A stretch of DNA of 64,000 nucleotides from a virus (lineage: Duplodnaviria; Caudoviricetes). How positions within the stretch are numbered: position 1 is the first letter of the stretch; each line of letters starts with the position of its first letter. Both the position numbers and the translations under genes were made by a program. Below the pieces are notes generated by a model that saw only the letters and a program-made list of their open reading frames with translations, did not search any database and was not told the DNA's origin. The stretch covers positions 1 to 64,000 of IMG/VR virus record IMGVR_UViG_3300032295_004079; one strand, written 5' to 3'. Below, piece after piece: positions 49,656 to 57,797 of the stretch.

Positions 49656-50032
49656 GGGGTTGAAAGGTATAGATTGGCAATGTAAATGAAGTAGATGATG
49701 CAAGCCGGGTTAGATGGAAATCCGTAAATACCTATCGAACAATAAGAGGCGAAGAGAAATCTTCATTCACCTTCGAAGATGCTTTGGCATTCGTAGGTGC
49801 TGATTACGCTGTAGCAGCCTAATCTTTCCCGCACACATCGTGGGGTGTTAAAAAGAATGTGTACCAAGGTGGAAAAGTGATTGAACCCGAAATCGAATCA
49901 CCCATTGGTTGTCAGGTTTACGATGGTGAAGAACAAACCGACTATTTTGTTTATTAAGAAAAATAAACTAAGCTTGTGAATGAGTCCTTTAGTTAGTTGA
50001 GCAAGACGGCGGTTCGATTCCGCCCAACTCCA
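49656..50032 (+). ncRNA. ssrA: tmRNA
   Basis: Acceptor GGGGTTG/CAACTCC-A with G3.U70, T arm GGCGG-TTCGATT-CCGCC. Tag ORF 49748-49822 reads GEEKSSFTFEDALAFVGADYAVAA*. Confidence 0.92.
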
Positions 50033-50050
50033 CTTTTATTATTAAAAATT

Positions 50051-50227
50051 ATGGCACTATTTAAAGATTTAAAAGAATTACAAGAAGAATTGCAATACTG
50101 GAAAGAATACGAGCCTGTAAACAATATGGGAAAATGGTATGTAAGTGTCAGAATTGATAAAATAAAAAGAAAAATTAAAGCAGTTGAAGAAGAGTTAAAG
50201 AAAAGAAAAAATAGATTGGCTACTTAA
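50051..50227 (+). CDS. Small basic hypothetical protein
   Basis: ATG at 50051. The ORF-track start lies inside the tmRNA. Confidence 0.55.
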   Translation: MALFKDLKELQEELQYWKEYEPVNNMGKWYVSVRIDKIKRKIKAVEEELKKRKNRLAT

Positions 50228-50246
50228 ATCTCATTTCGTACCTTTA
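50216..50246 (+). promoter_or_regulatory. Promoter TTG-N20-TACCTTTA upstream of tRNA-Leu
   Basis: Exact 20-nt spacer. Confidence 0.65.
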
Positions 50247-50259
50247 TATTATATTAAAT

Positions 50260-50343
50260 GCCGGGATGGTGGAATAGGTAGACACGCAAGACTTAAAATC
50301 TTGTTCGCCAACGCGAGTGCGGGTTCGATTCCCGCTCCTGGTA
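50260..50343 (+). tRNA. tRNA-Leu(TAA)
   Basis: Acceptor GCCGGGA/TCCTGGT-A, anticodon arm CAAGA-ct TAA aa-TCTTG, class II variable arm. Confidence 0.95.
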
Positions 50344-50393
50344 CTATTAATAAACATATTTATATTTATAACAAACAAAAACAAACAAACAAA

Positions 50394-50570
50394 ATGAAAA
50401 AAGTAACAATGATTTTCGCTGCAGCAGTAATGTTTGCTGTAGCATCTTGTGGAGCTAAGAAAACTGAAGAAGTGGTAGTTGACTCTGTAGCAGTTGAAGC
50501 TGACACTACTGCTGTTGATAGCGCTGCTGTTGTAGTTGCTGACAGCGCTGCTGTTGAAGCTGCTCTCTAA
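50394..50570 (+). CDS. Small Ala/Val/Asp-rich lipoprotein
   Basis: MKK...VASC lipobox, with its own ATATTTATAA (50362) and terminator. Confidence 0.75.
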   Translation: MKKVTMIFAAAVMFAVASCGAKKTEEVVVDSVAVEADTTAVDSAAVVVADSAAVEAAL

Positions 50571-50596
50571 TAAAGCAGTTCACAAGATGAATTAAG

Positions 50597-50631
50597 GAGC
50601 TTGGAGACCCAAGCTCTTTTTTTTACCTTTA
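50597..50631 (+). terminator. Terminator hairpin containing a TTG-N20-TACCTTTA promoter
   Basis: GAGCTTGG-agac-CCAAGCTC plus T8, with TTG at 50601 and TACCTTTA at 50624. Confidence 0.8.
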
Positions 50632-50647
50632 TATAAAATAAAATGTT

Positions 50648-51145
50648 ATGATAAAAGATATTAAATATTTCTTCAAAAGAAAATACCAACAGGTAGAACG
50701 AGTAATTGACTTCCTACCAATTATTTGGAATGGGTTCGATTTCGATTATAGCTATTCAATAGAACTGTTCAAAAAACAACTAGAAAGACAGGCTAAACTA
50801 TTTGAATCAGATCCACTAAATCCAGACAGATCAAAACAAAACGCTTCACGAATTAGAACTGCAATTCAACTGATGGATAAAGTTTATAATGAGGACTACA
50901 GTATGGAATGGATAGATACCATTGAAGTAAAATATGGTTCAGAAGTATTAGACTTTTGGTTTGAAGATGCAGGTGAAGGTGATGGTTCATCTTTTTTGAG
51001 GTTAGAATATGAGAAATGGGATAATTCAAAAGAAATTGAAAAAGTTCAGAAAAAATTATTATTAGAATCAAGAGAAAAACAAAAACGAGCACATAAGTTA
51101 CTTTGGGATTTTATAGAACATAATATTCAATATTGGTGGGACTAA
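50648..51145 (+). CDS. Hypothetical protein
   Basis: Intact 165-aa ORF ending WWD. Confidence 0.6.
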   Translation: MIKDIKYFFKRKYQQVERVIDFLPIIWNGFDFDYSYSIELFKKQLERQAKLFESDPLNPDRSKQNASRIRTAIQLMDKVYNEDYSMEWIDTIEVKYGSEVLDFWFEDAGEGDGSSFLRLEYEKWDNSKEIEKVQKKLLLESREKQKRAHKLLWDFIEHNIQYWWD

Positions 51146-51146
51146 T

Positions 51147-51380
51147 ATGAAACAGACAGCAATACAACAAGCCATTGTAATAGTTAGAAGTAGAATAGAG
51201 TCAATAGACGAGACTTTAATGGGTAAACATACCGCTCATCATCTTCAGCAGATTGAAAGAGTTTTATATGATTTGCTTGAGGCAGAGAAGGAGCAGATAA
51301 TTGAATCTTGGTGGGATGGTTGTCAAAATTGGGATAATGAAAAAGAAGCAGAACAATACTATAATGAAACATACAAATAA
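51147..51380 (+). CDS. Small hypothetical protein (KQTA...YYNETY family)
   Basis: Similar to the following ORF. Confidence 0.6.
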   Translation: MKQTAIQQAIVIVRSRIESIDETLMGKHTAHHLQQIERVLYDLLEAEKEQIIESWWDGCQNWDNEKEAEQYYNETYK

Positions 51381-51381
51381 A

Positions 51382-51672
51382 ATGGTAAATATTGAATCTA
51401 ACCCATTAAATGGTAATAGTTTTATGAATGATTTAAGAAATAAATATATGGAAAAGCAAACCGCAGTAGAATATTTATTTGAACAGTTATGGGATACTCC
51501 AAAGGATAAGTTGACTTGGTACAGTATTTTATCAAAAGCTAAAGAAATGGAAGAAACCCAAACAATTAAATTTGCTTATAGTTTTTTAGATAACTGTTTT
51601 ACAAAAGATGGAATTATACAAAAATCAGCGGGTGAATACTACAACGAAACCTTTAATACTAAAGAGAAATGA
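51382..51672 (+). CDS. Small hypothetical protein (KQTAV...YYNETF family)
   Basis: Paralog of 51147. Start at 51382 or later. Confidence 0.55.
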   Translation: MVNIESNPLNGNSFMNDLRNKYMEKQTAVEYLFEQLWDTPKDKLTWYSILSKAKEMEETQTIKFAYSFLDNCFTKDGIIQKSAGEYYNETFNTKEK

Positions 51673-52390
51673 AAACCACAGAAGAAATAGTAAATGAAAT
51701 GATGGAACAAACTGATGAGATGTTAGTTGAAATCCATAAAAATCTTAGTGAGAAAATTGGAGAAGCATCCGCAGATAAATGGGTTGAGATGCTTAAAAAA
51801 ATTAGAGAAAAAGAAATCGAAAGACAAACAAAATGAAACTATCAATCAACGAAGTATGGGGTCAAGTTTACTTTCTCCCGTTTATAAAACTAACACACAC
51901 ACGCCAATTAAATGGTGATTTAGAATTAATTATTGGTTATCTAAAATGGGAACTAGTAATAGGAATGTAAAAGCTACAGAACAGGGGTACCAATACTGTT
52001 CTAAATGTCAAAAAGAAACTTGGCATACTCCCAAACTAGGACTGGTACGTGAAAATAGTAGAAAATGTGATGTGTGTAATAGTGTAAACCAAATAGAAAA
52101 ATAATATATGGGAACTTTAGTTGCAATTGGAGTTATTTTAGTATTTACAGGTATGATATCTGTTCTCTGGGTACGAGGAATTAATTATATGGATAAAAAC
52201 CACCCAGATTATAAAGGTTATGATTTGTTTGACGAAGAAGAAGATGGCAAAGTATCTTAAAACCGCATTCATAAGGGATTTAGAAATTCAACTCCATAAT
52301 GAAGAAATATCTTATGGTCGAATGCTAGAGCTAATACAAGAAGAAGTAATTAAAAATTACAAACAAGATATAAAACAAAATAAATTATAA
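51669..52390 (+). other. Run of five small coupled ORFs (51669-51836, 51833-51970, 51946-52104 CxxC/CxxC zinc ribbon, 52108-52260 TM protein, 52244-52390)
   Basis: Translated by hand. They tile the region with ATGA-type or short overlaps. Confidence 0.55.
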
Positions 52391-52394
52391 GGTT

Positions 52395-52682
52395 ATGGCA
52401 AAAAGATTAACACTAGCAGAAAAACAAAATTTATTCGTTGAAAATGCAATCAACAAAATGTTTGAAATTGCAGGACATGATGTCACTTACAATGATATAA
52501 AAGGTAGACAAGACAATTGGTATGCCCAATGGACTATGACCATGGATCAAAGCGAGGAGTGGAGAAAATGGGGTGTAGCTGAAATTAAAAAACAGTTCAA
52601 ATACAGTACTGTAATGGCTGAAAGAGAAATGGGAATGGTTTCTCTAATGTGGGGGTTAAAATTTAGCGATTTTAATAAATAA
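52395..52682 (+). CDS. Hypothetical protein
   Basis: Intact Trp-rich ORF with GGTTATG start. Confidence 0.6.
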   Translation: MAKRLTLAEKQNLFVENAINKMFEIAGHDVTYNDIKGRQDNWYAQWTMTMDQSEEWRKWGVAEIKKQFKYSTVMAEREMGMVSLMWGLKFSDFNK

Positions 52683-52715
52683 GCTTGGAATTCCAAGCTT
52701 TTTTTCTTACATTTA
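52681..52715 (+). terminator. Perfect 20-bp palindrome/terminator containing a TTG-N20-TACATTTA promoter
   Basis: AAGCTTGGAATTCCAAGCTT plus T run, with TTG at 52685 and TACATTTA at 52708. Confidence 0.75.
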
Positions 52716-52719
52716 TATC

Positions 52720-53118
52720 ATGGAAAAAGAAACATACAAAAACAGGTACGGAGACATTTACACATTCACTCCCACAAGTGATGGTAATATCCTATGGGAA
52801 GGTAGTTTTAGCTATACACGATTTGCATGGCCCAATGACTACACAGCAGCTTACAATGCCTACCTTGAGCAAGGTGGAACTATGCCTCTAAATGAATTCA
52901 AAAAGAAGATTCATGAATGGGATGAAGAGAAAAAAGAATATGTTATGGGTAGAGATTTGGTAAAACTGATTAAATCAGATTTATCTAAAATTGATATGGT
53001 TGATCCTTCAGGCGGACCTTATATAGGTACAGGAATGGAATGGATGGGAAAAATTATAGTAGGTATTAAACCCCAAGAAAGTGGGTATTTGCTTATAACT
53101 GAAGATATTGAAAAATAA
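52720..53118 (+). CDS. Hypothetical protein
   Basis: NRYGD...VDPSGGPYI pattern. Confidence 0.6.
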   Translation: MEKETYKNRYGDIYTFTPTSDGNILWEGSFSYTRFAWPNDYTAAYNAYLEQGGTMPLNEFKKKIHEWDEEKKEYVMGRDLVKLIKSDLSKIDMVDPSGGPYIGTGMEWMGKIIVGIKPQESGYLLITEDIEK

Positions 53119-53121
53119 GTT

Positions 53122-53355
53122 ATGATAGATGTAAAAATCAGATGGAATACTAAATGTCAAGATAATCATTCCTATTGGCGTATTTTAATTGATGGAGTTG
53201 AACATATTTGCTCAGATGTTATAATTGAAGTCCCAACATATACTACTCAGGATGAAGTGTGGGATAGTTTAAGAGATCAAGAAGTTATAAAACACCATAT
53301 TAGCTGTAAAGCTAACGAAATTATTTGGAAAGGTAGTATTGTAGTTGTAAAATAA
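53122..53355 (+). CDS. Hypothetical protein
   Basis: Intact ORF with AAGTTATG start. Confidence 0.55.
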   Translation: MIDVKIRWNTKCQDNHSYWRILIDGVEHICSDVIIEVPTYTTQDEVWDSLRDQEVIKHHISCKANEIIWKGSIVVVK

Positions 53356-53362
53356 ACAAAAT

Positions 53363-53506
53363 ATGCTAGAAATTGTAAGACACACTTTTGGGTTGTGTGG
53401 AGAACACTCTCACCCAAATCTTTTCACTTTATTTGCAAGTGGAGTTGGATTTACGGGTATTTATTCGTACATTAAATACAAATATTTTACTAAAAACAAA
53501 CAATAA
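53363..53506 (+). CDS. Small membrane protein (H..GLCGEH.HP)
   Basis: 47-aa ORF translated by hand, fills the gap before thioredoxin. Confidence 0.5.
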   Translation: MLEIVRHTFGLCGEHSHPNLFTLFASGVGFTGIYSYIKYKYFTKNKQ

Positions 53507-53509
53507 TTT

Positions 53510-53755
53510 ATGAAACAAATTCTTTATTTCACCGCTTCATGGTGTCAACCTTGCCGTATGCTAGGTCCTATTATGGAATCTGTAAAAGGACAAGTTAACT
53601 ATTCAAAACTAGATATTGATGCTGAACAAGATTTAGCTATTAAATACAAAGTTAGAAGTGTACCTACTTTGGTTTTGGTTGAAAACGGTGTTGAAAAAAA
53701 CAGATTAGTAGGAGTACACCAATCACCTGAAATTCTAAAATTTTATAACAGCTAA
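53510..53755 (+). CDS. Thioredoxin
   Basis: WCQPC active site and VRSVPTL motif. Confidence 0.9.
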   Translation: MKQILYFTASWCQPCRMLGPIMESVKGQVNYSKLDIDAEQDLAIKYKVRSVPTLVLVENGVEKNRLVGVHQSPEILKFYNS

Positions 53756-53761
53756 TTAGTT

Positions 53762-54226
53762 ATGGGAACATTTCAATCAAGTAAGTTATTTGACGGTTAT
53801 TCTACCGTCTTTAGACAATGGAAAGCAGATACTACACACTGTAAATTTTTACATGGTTATGCAGTATCCTTTAGAGTATGGTTTGAAGGTGAACTAGATG
53901 AGAGAAATTGGGTATGGGATTTTGGTGGTATGAAAAGAGCCAAAAATACAATTCAAGGTAAATCTCCTAAAGATTTTTTCACCTGGTTATTGGATCATAC
54001 TATGATTATAGCTGAAGATGATCCATTTCTGGAATCATTTAAACGAATGGATGAAGCAGGAGTAGTACAACTAAGAATTTTACCTGCTACAGGATGTGAA
54101 AAGTTTGCAGAATACCTGTATAATGTTATTAATGAATTTCTAGCAGTAGAAACTGATGGTAGAGTTAAAGCATCAAAAGTAGAAGTATATGAAAACAAAA
54201 GAAATGCAGCGAGTTATGGCAAATAG
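53762..54226 (+). CDS. queD: 6-carboxy-5,6,7,8-tetrahydropterin synthase
   Basis: C.FLHGY, WDFG, LDH, E.FA and V.VYE...N.A motifs. Confidence 0.85.
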   Translation: MGTFQSSKLFDGYSTVFRQWKADTTHCKFLHGYAVSFRVWFEGELDERNWVWDFGGMKRAKNTIQGKSPKDFFTWLLDHTMIIAEDDPFLESFKRMDEAGVVQLRILPATGCEKFAEYLYNVINEFLAVETDGRVKASKVEVYENKRNAASYGK

Positions 54227-54473
54227 AAAAAGTACAATAGCAGAGGTTGAACAGGAACTATATGAAGTACGTCAAAGACAATCATTAAATAAACCAAAAA
54301 ATATTCCTGATCCCGTAAAACACCCTGATCCTAAAAAACATCAACAAATTTCATTTGTTAAATCTGGAGTTAGGATTGTAGCATGTCTTTTAGGATTTGC
54401 TGGGATGTACGAAATAGGTTTTCTAGGCTTATTTTTAGCTGAATTAATTGGGGTTTACGAGGAATTGGTTTAA
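54216..54473 (+). CDS. Small membrane protein
   Basis: H.QISFVKS..RI followed by two TM segments ending EELV. Confidence 0.55.
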   Translation: MANRKSTIAEVEQELYEVRQRQSLNKPKNIPDPVKHPDPKKHQQISFVKSGVRIVACLLGFAGMYEIGFLGLFLAELIGVYEELV

Positions 54474-54484
54474 ATTAAAAATAC

Positions 54485-55339
54485 ATGAACAAATTAGGTA
54501 GAATTGAAGACTACAATAAGGTATTACCTATTGTAGAACTATATACAGCGGTTCAATCCGAAGGAAGTAGAGCAGGTTATCCAACTATTATTATCCGAAC
54601 CACAGGTTGTACTCACAGATGTTTCTTTGGAGAAGGAGGATGGTGCGACAGCTGGTATACAAGTATCCATCCAGAAAAAGGTACATTTACCTTTAATGAC
54701 ATCATCAAAATGTATGACGCTAATCCCCACATTTCAGAAATGATGTTAACAGGCGGTGCTCCAACTATGCACCCTGCTTTAGTAAACGAACTAACACATT
54801 TCGCAAATGAAAGAAACATATTCATCACCATTGAAACTGAGGGATCGCATTTTCTCCCTACCGATTATCCTATTAATCTCGTTAGTATTTCTCCTAAGTT
54901 TGCTAATAGTGTCCCCGTTCTTGGGGCTGTTACGCCGCAAGGAAAAGTAGCAGATCAAAAGATGATCGATCAACACAACAAACTTAGATTGAATTATGCT
55001 TCAATCGCTAGAATGATTGCATACCATGATAGCTACCATCTAAAACCAGTTATTGACAAGAATTTAGCTATTATTCCCGAATACGAGGAATTTTTAGATG
55101 CACTAGCTGTAGAACTACAGAGCATAAGAGATGTACAAGATGCTTTCTTCTATACAGTATCTGATGTAGATGACATTCGAGACATGTTAAAGTTTAATAC
55201 CTGGATGATGCCTGCAGGAGATGATAGACCTGCACTATTTGAATCTTATCCTGTTGTAATGAACTACTGTAGAGATAATGGCTACAAGTTTACAGGTAGA
55301 GAACATATTATGGCTTTTGGTACTGAAAGATGTGTTTAA
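54485..55339 (+). CDS. queE: 7-carboxy-7-deazaguanine synthase (radical SAM)
   Basis: E.Y..VQ.EG...G.P.I.IRT.GC...C.......CDS, LTGG.P, IETEG, SISPK and R.H motifs. Confidence 0.9.
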   Translation: MNKLGRIEDYNKVLPIVELYTAVQSEGSRAGYPTIIIRTTGCTHRCFFGEGGWCDSWYTSIHPEKGTFTFNDIIKMYDANPHISEMMLTGGAPTMHPALVNELTHFANERNIFITIETEGSHFLPTDYPINLVSISPKFANSVPVLGAVTPQGKVADQKMIDQHNKLRLNYASIARMIAYHDSYHLKPVIDKNLAIIPEYEEFLDALAVELQSIRDVQDAFFYTVSDVDDIRDMLKFNTWMMPAGDDRPALFESYPVVMNYCRDNGYKFTGREHIMAFGTERCV

Positions 55340-55340
55340 T

Positions 55341-55371
55341 TTGGGATCCCAAATCAGGATTCGTATATTTA
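55341..55371 (+). promoter_or_regulatory. Promoter TTG-N20-TATATTTA upstream of folE
   Basis: Exact 20-nt spacer. TTG lies in the palindrome ATTTGGGATCCCAAAT. Confidence 0.65.
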
Positions 55372-55389
55372 CAAAAAATAAGATAGTTA

Positions 55390-56118
55390 ATGGAAAATAA
55401 TAGAAAGAAAAAACACACAAATTTAGAGGTAGTACCCGTAGGGTTTGCAAATGGTATTTCAACTCAATTAGCTGCTAAACGTGCTTTGTTTGGAGAAGCA
55501 ACTGAGCTAACTGAAACAGAAAAAAATGATATCATCCAAAAAGCTACTAAAGCATATGGAGAATTTTTAACTGCACTAGGTTGTGATTGGGAAAACGATC
55601 CCAATTCAGCTGATACTCCTAAACGAGTAGCTAAAGCATATGTTAATGATTTGTGGAAAGGTAGATTTTCTCCAATGTCTGAAATTACATCTTTCCCAAG
55701 TGATGGATACGATGGAATTGTAATTGAAAGAAATATTCCACTTACTTCAATGTGTTCACACCACCACCAAACAATTGGAGGAGTAGTTCATATTGGTTAC
55801 GTGGTAGGTTTGGAAGGTAGAGTGATTGGTCTTTCCAAACTAAACCGAATTGTAGAACACTTTGGTCGTAGAGGGGCAATTCAAGAACAACTTACCTCTG
55901 CAATTCACCAAGCAGTAGATAAAATTACTGAAAATAATAAAGGTGTAATTGTTACAGTTGTAGGAACACACAATTGTGTTTCATGTCGAGGTGTTAAACA
56001 TCAAGGTGCATCTATGGTGACAACAAAAGCTTCTGGCGTATTTATGGACAATAGCAACCAAGCACGCAAAGAATTTTTTGACAGCATCAAAATCAATAAT
56101 GGAAACCACCCGGTATAA
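55390..56118 (+). CDS. folE: GTP cyclohydrolase I
   Basis: TPKRVAK, SMCSHH, GLSKL.R, IQE.LT and H.C..CRGV motifs. Confidence 0.95.
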   Translation: MENNRKKKHTNLEVVPVGFANGISTQLAAKRALFGEATELTETEKNDIIQKATKAYGEFLTALGCDWENDPNSADTPKRVAKAYVNDLWKGRFSPMSEITSFPSDGYDGIVIERNIPLTSMCSHHHQTIGGVVHIGYVVGLEGRVIGLSKLNRIVEHFGRRGAIQEQLTSAIHQAVDKITENNKGVIVTVVGTHNCVSCRGVKHQGASMVTTKASGVFMDNSNQARKEFFDSIKINNGNHPV

Positions 56119-56119
56119 A

Positions 56120-56515
56120 ATGTTAAAAGTAGGAAATAAAATTATATTAAATTGGGAAAATGTAGGTAGTCTTGTAAATAAGATTTGTGCTACAATTTTA
56201 AAAGATTTTCCTAATATTGACTCAATTCATGGTATCAAACGGGGGGGATTAATTCCCTCTGTTATGATATCCCATCAATTAAATTTACCGTGGACTTACG
56301 AAATATTTCCTAATACTTTAGTAGTTGACGATATCTGTGATAGTGGTGAGACATTAACAAATTATGCAGGAGTTTACACTGCAGTTCTGGTTTACAAACC
56401 ACACACATCCACTTTTAAACCTAACATATATGCCCGAGTTCATAGTGGAGATGAGTGGATTATCTACCCTTGGGAAAGTGAAAAAGCAAAACCAATTCAA
56501 GACTATAAGCTATGA
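56120..56515 (+). CDS. Type I phosphoribosyltransferase (xanthine/guanine PRT-like)
   Basis: GIKRGGL, LVVDDICDSGET (PRPP loop) and WIIYPWE motifs. Confidence 0.85.
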   Translation: MLKVGNKIILNWENVGSLVNKICATILKDFPNIDSIHGIKRGGLIPSVMISHQLNLPWTYEIFPNTLVVDDICDSGETLTNYAGVYTAVLVYKPHTSTFKPNIYARVHSGDEWIIYPWESEKAKPIQDYKL

Positions 56516-56655
56516 AATTAGGGGATTGGTTGGAAAAGCTAATTTCTATTATTACCTTTAATCAAGGTAAAAAGATCGCAACTTACATAGCTAAACTGTT
56601 AGGTAAAGAAGATTGTGGGTGCGAGCGAAGAAAACAAAAATTAAATAATCTATAA
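56512..56655 (+). CDS. Small protein with DCGC motif
   Basis: MKLGD..EK.I...DCGCERRK.KLN, 47 aa, translated by hand. Confidence 0.55.
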   Translation: MKLGDWLEKLISIITFNQGKKIATYIAKLLGKEDCGCERRKQKLNNL

Positions 56656-56672
56656 ACTAAAAATTAAAAGTT

Positions 56673-56879
56673 ATGATGTACTGGCAAGTAGATGTAAAAC
56701 TCGAGTTTACAAATGATCGAGGTAAAGTTCAAAAAGTTACCGAAAAATATCTAGTAGAAGCATTTTCTGCAACTGAAGCAGAAGCTGTTATCTATAAAGA
56801 ATTTGAAGGTGAAAGTAATTTTACAGTTGAAAAAGTAGCTAAGTCTAGAATTCTAAAAGTAATTAACATTGAACAATAA
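56673..56879 (+). CDS. DUF4494-like protein
   Basis: KVTEKYLVEA.S.TEAEA pattern known from Bacteroidota proteins. Confidence 0.65.
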   Translation: MMYWQVDVKLEFTNDRGKVQKVTEKYLVEAFSATEAEAVIYKEFEGESNFTVEKVAKSRILKVINIEQ

Positions 56880-57576
56880 TAATCTAAAGTATCTATACTG
56901 TATCCAGTATAAAACTATTGATGGTCAAGCCCACACTTTGCACCCTTGGTTTGAAACTCACCCAGATGATAGTGTAATTAAAAAAGAAATTCATAAAGTT
57001 GAAAAACTATCTAGAACTGAACCTGATTTTGTTTATTACATGGTTTATGATAAGTCTCAAGAAGTACCATTTGTAGATGAAGTAGAAAAATTTAATGCTA
57101 CATTTGGTAAACCTAATAATTATAAACCTAATATTCCAAGTAGAAACGAGTGGGAGTTTGTTTACAACTTTGTTTTAGAGGAACTAGAAGAGTATAAAGA
57201 AGCATGCGAAAGTGGAGATATCGTTGGAGTTTTAGATGCTCTTTGTGATATTACGTATGTTTCTTTAGGTAATGGAGTTATGTTGCATGGGCTTAGACGC
57301 AAAATCTTACCAGCGTATGCTGAAGTTCAAGCCTCAAACATGTCAAAATCTTGTTTAACCGAAGAAGAAGCAAGACAAACCGTAGAATTGCGCTCTAAAG
57401 AACAAGGTGAACCGTGCCATTACGAGGAAAAAGGTGATTACTATGTAGTTTATCGTACACGCGATCGCAAAGTAATGAAATCTATTAATTATTTTAAACC
57501 TGATTTAACGCAATTCTTTAGTGTTACTGAAATGAAAGATTGCGAAACAAAACATGATTCAGATACTATAATTTAA
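56869..57576 (+). CDS. MazG-like / PRA-PH all-alpha NTP pyrophosphohydrolase
   Basis: EEL.EY, DAL.DI.YV, EV..SNMSK and KV.KS..Y.KPDL motifs. Start uncertain. Confidence 0.8.
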   Translation: MNNNNLKYLYCIQYKTIDGQAHTLHPWFETHPDDSVIKKEIHKVEKLSRTEPDFVYYMVYDKSQEVPFVDEVEKFNATFGKPNNYKPNIPSRNEWEFVYNFVLEELEEYKEACESGDIVGVLDALCDITYVSLGNGVMLHGLRRKILPAYAEVQASNMSKSCLTEEEARQTVELRSKEQGEPCHYEEKGDYYVVYRTRDRKVMKSINYFKPDLTQFFSVTEMKDCETKHDSDTII

Positions 57577-57587
57577 AAAAAAATGTT

Positions 57588-57797
57588 ATGTTCTTAAAAT
57601 GTACTAAAGGCCACCCAGGAATTCTAGAAGAAGGACAAATATATGAAGCATATATGGTCACTGAAAATGGGCATTTTCTATTACTAGGAGTTGATCCTCC
57701 TTCACCTCATACTTGCTTTAACAAAGAAAGGTTCGTACCTATCGATATTGATGATATTAATATTGAAGAGGTATTTGAACTTACTATGGAGCTATGA
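57588..57797 (+). CDS. Hypothetical protein
   Basis: Intact ORF coupled to the polymerase. Confidence 0.5.
   Translation: MFLKCTKGHPGILEEGQIYEAYMVTENGHFLLLGVDPPSPHTCFNKERFVPIDIDDINIEEVFELTMEL

Noticed and set aside
48733-50340. ORF-track entries at 48733, 49452, 49468 and the 5' extensions at 49997 and 50301
   Set aside because: They overlap tRNA, tmRNA or structured RNA. Real starts are 50051 and 50394.
51727-51918. 63-aa ORF from the track
   Set aside because: Better explained by two coupled ORFs in other frames (51669-51836 and 51833-51970).
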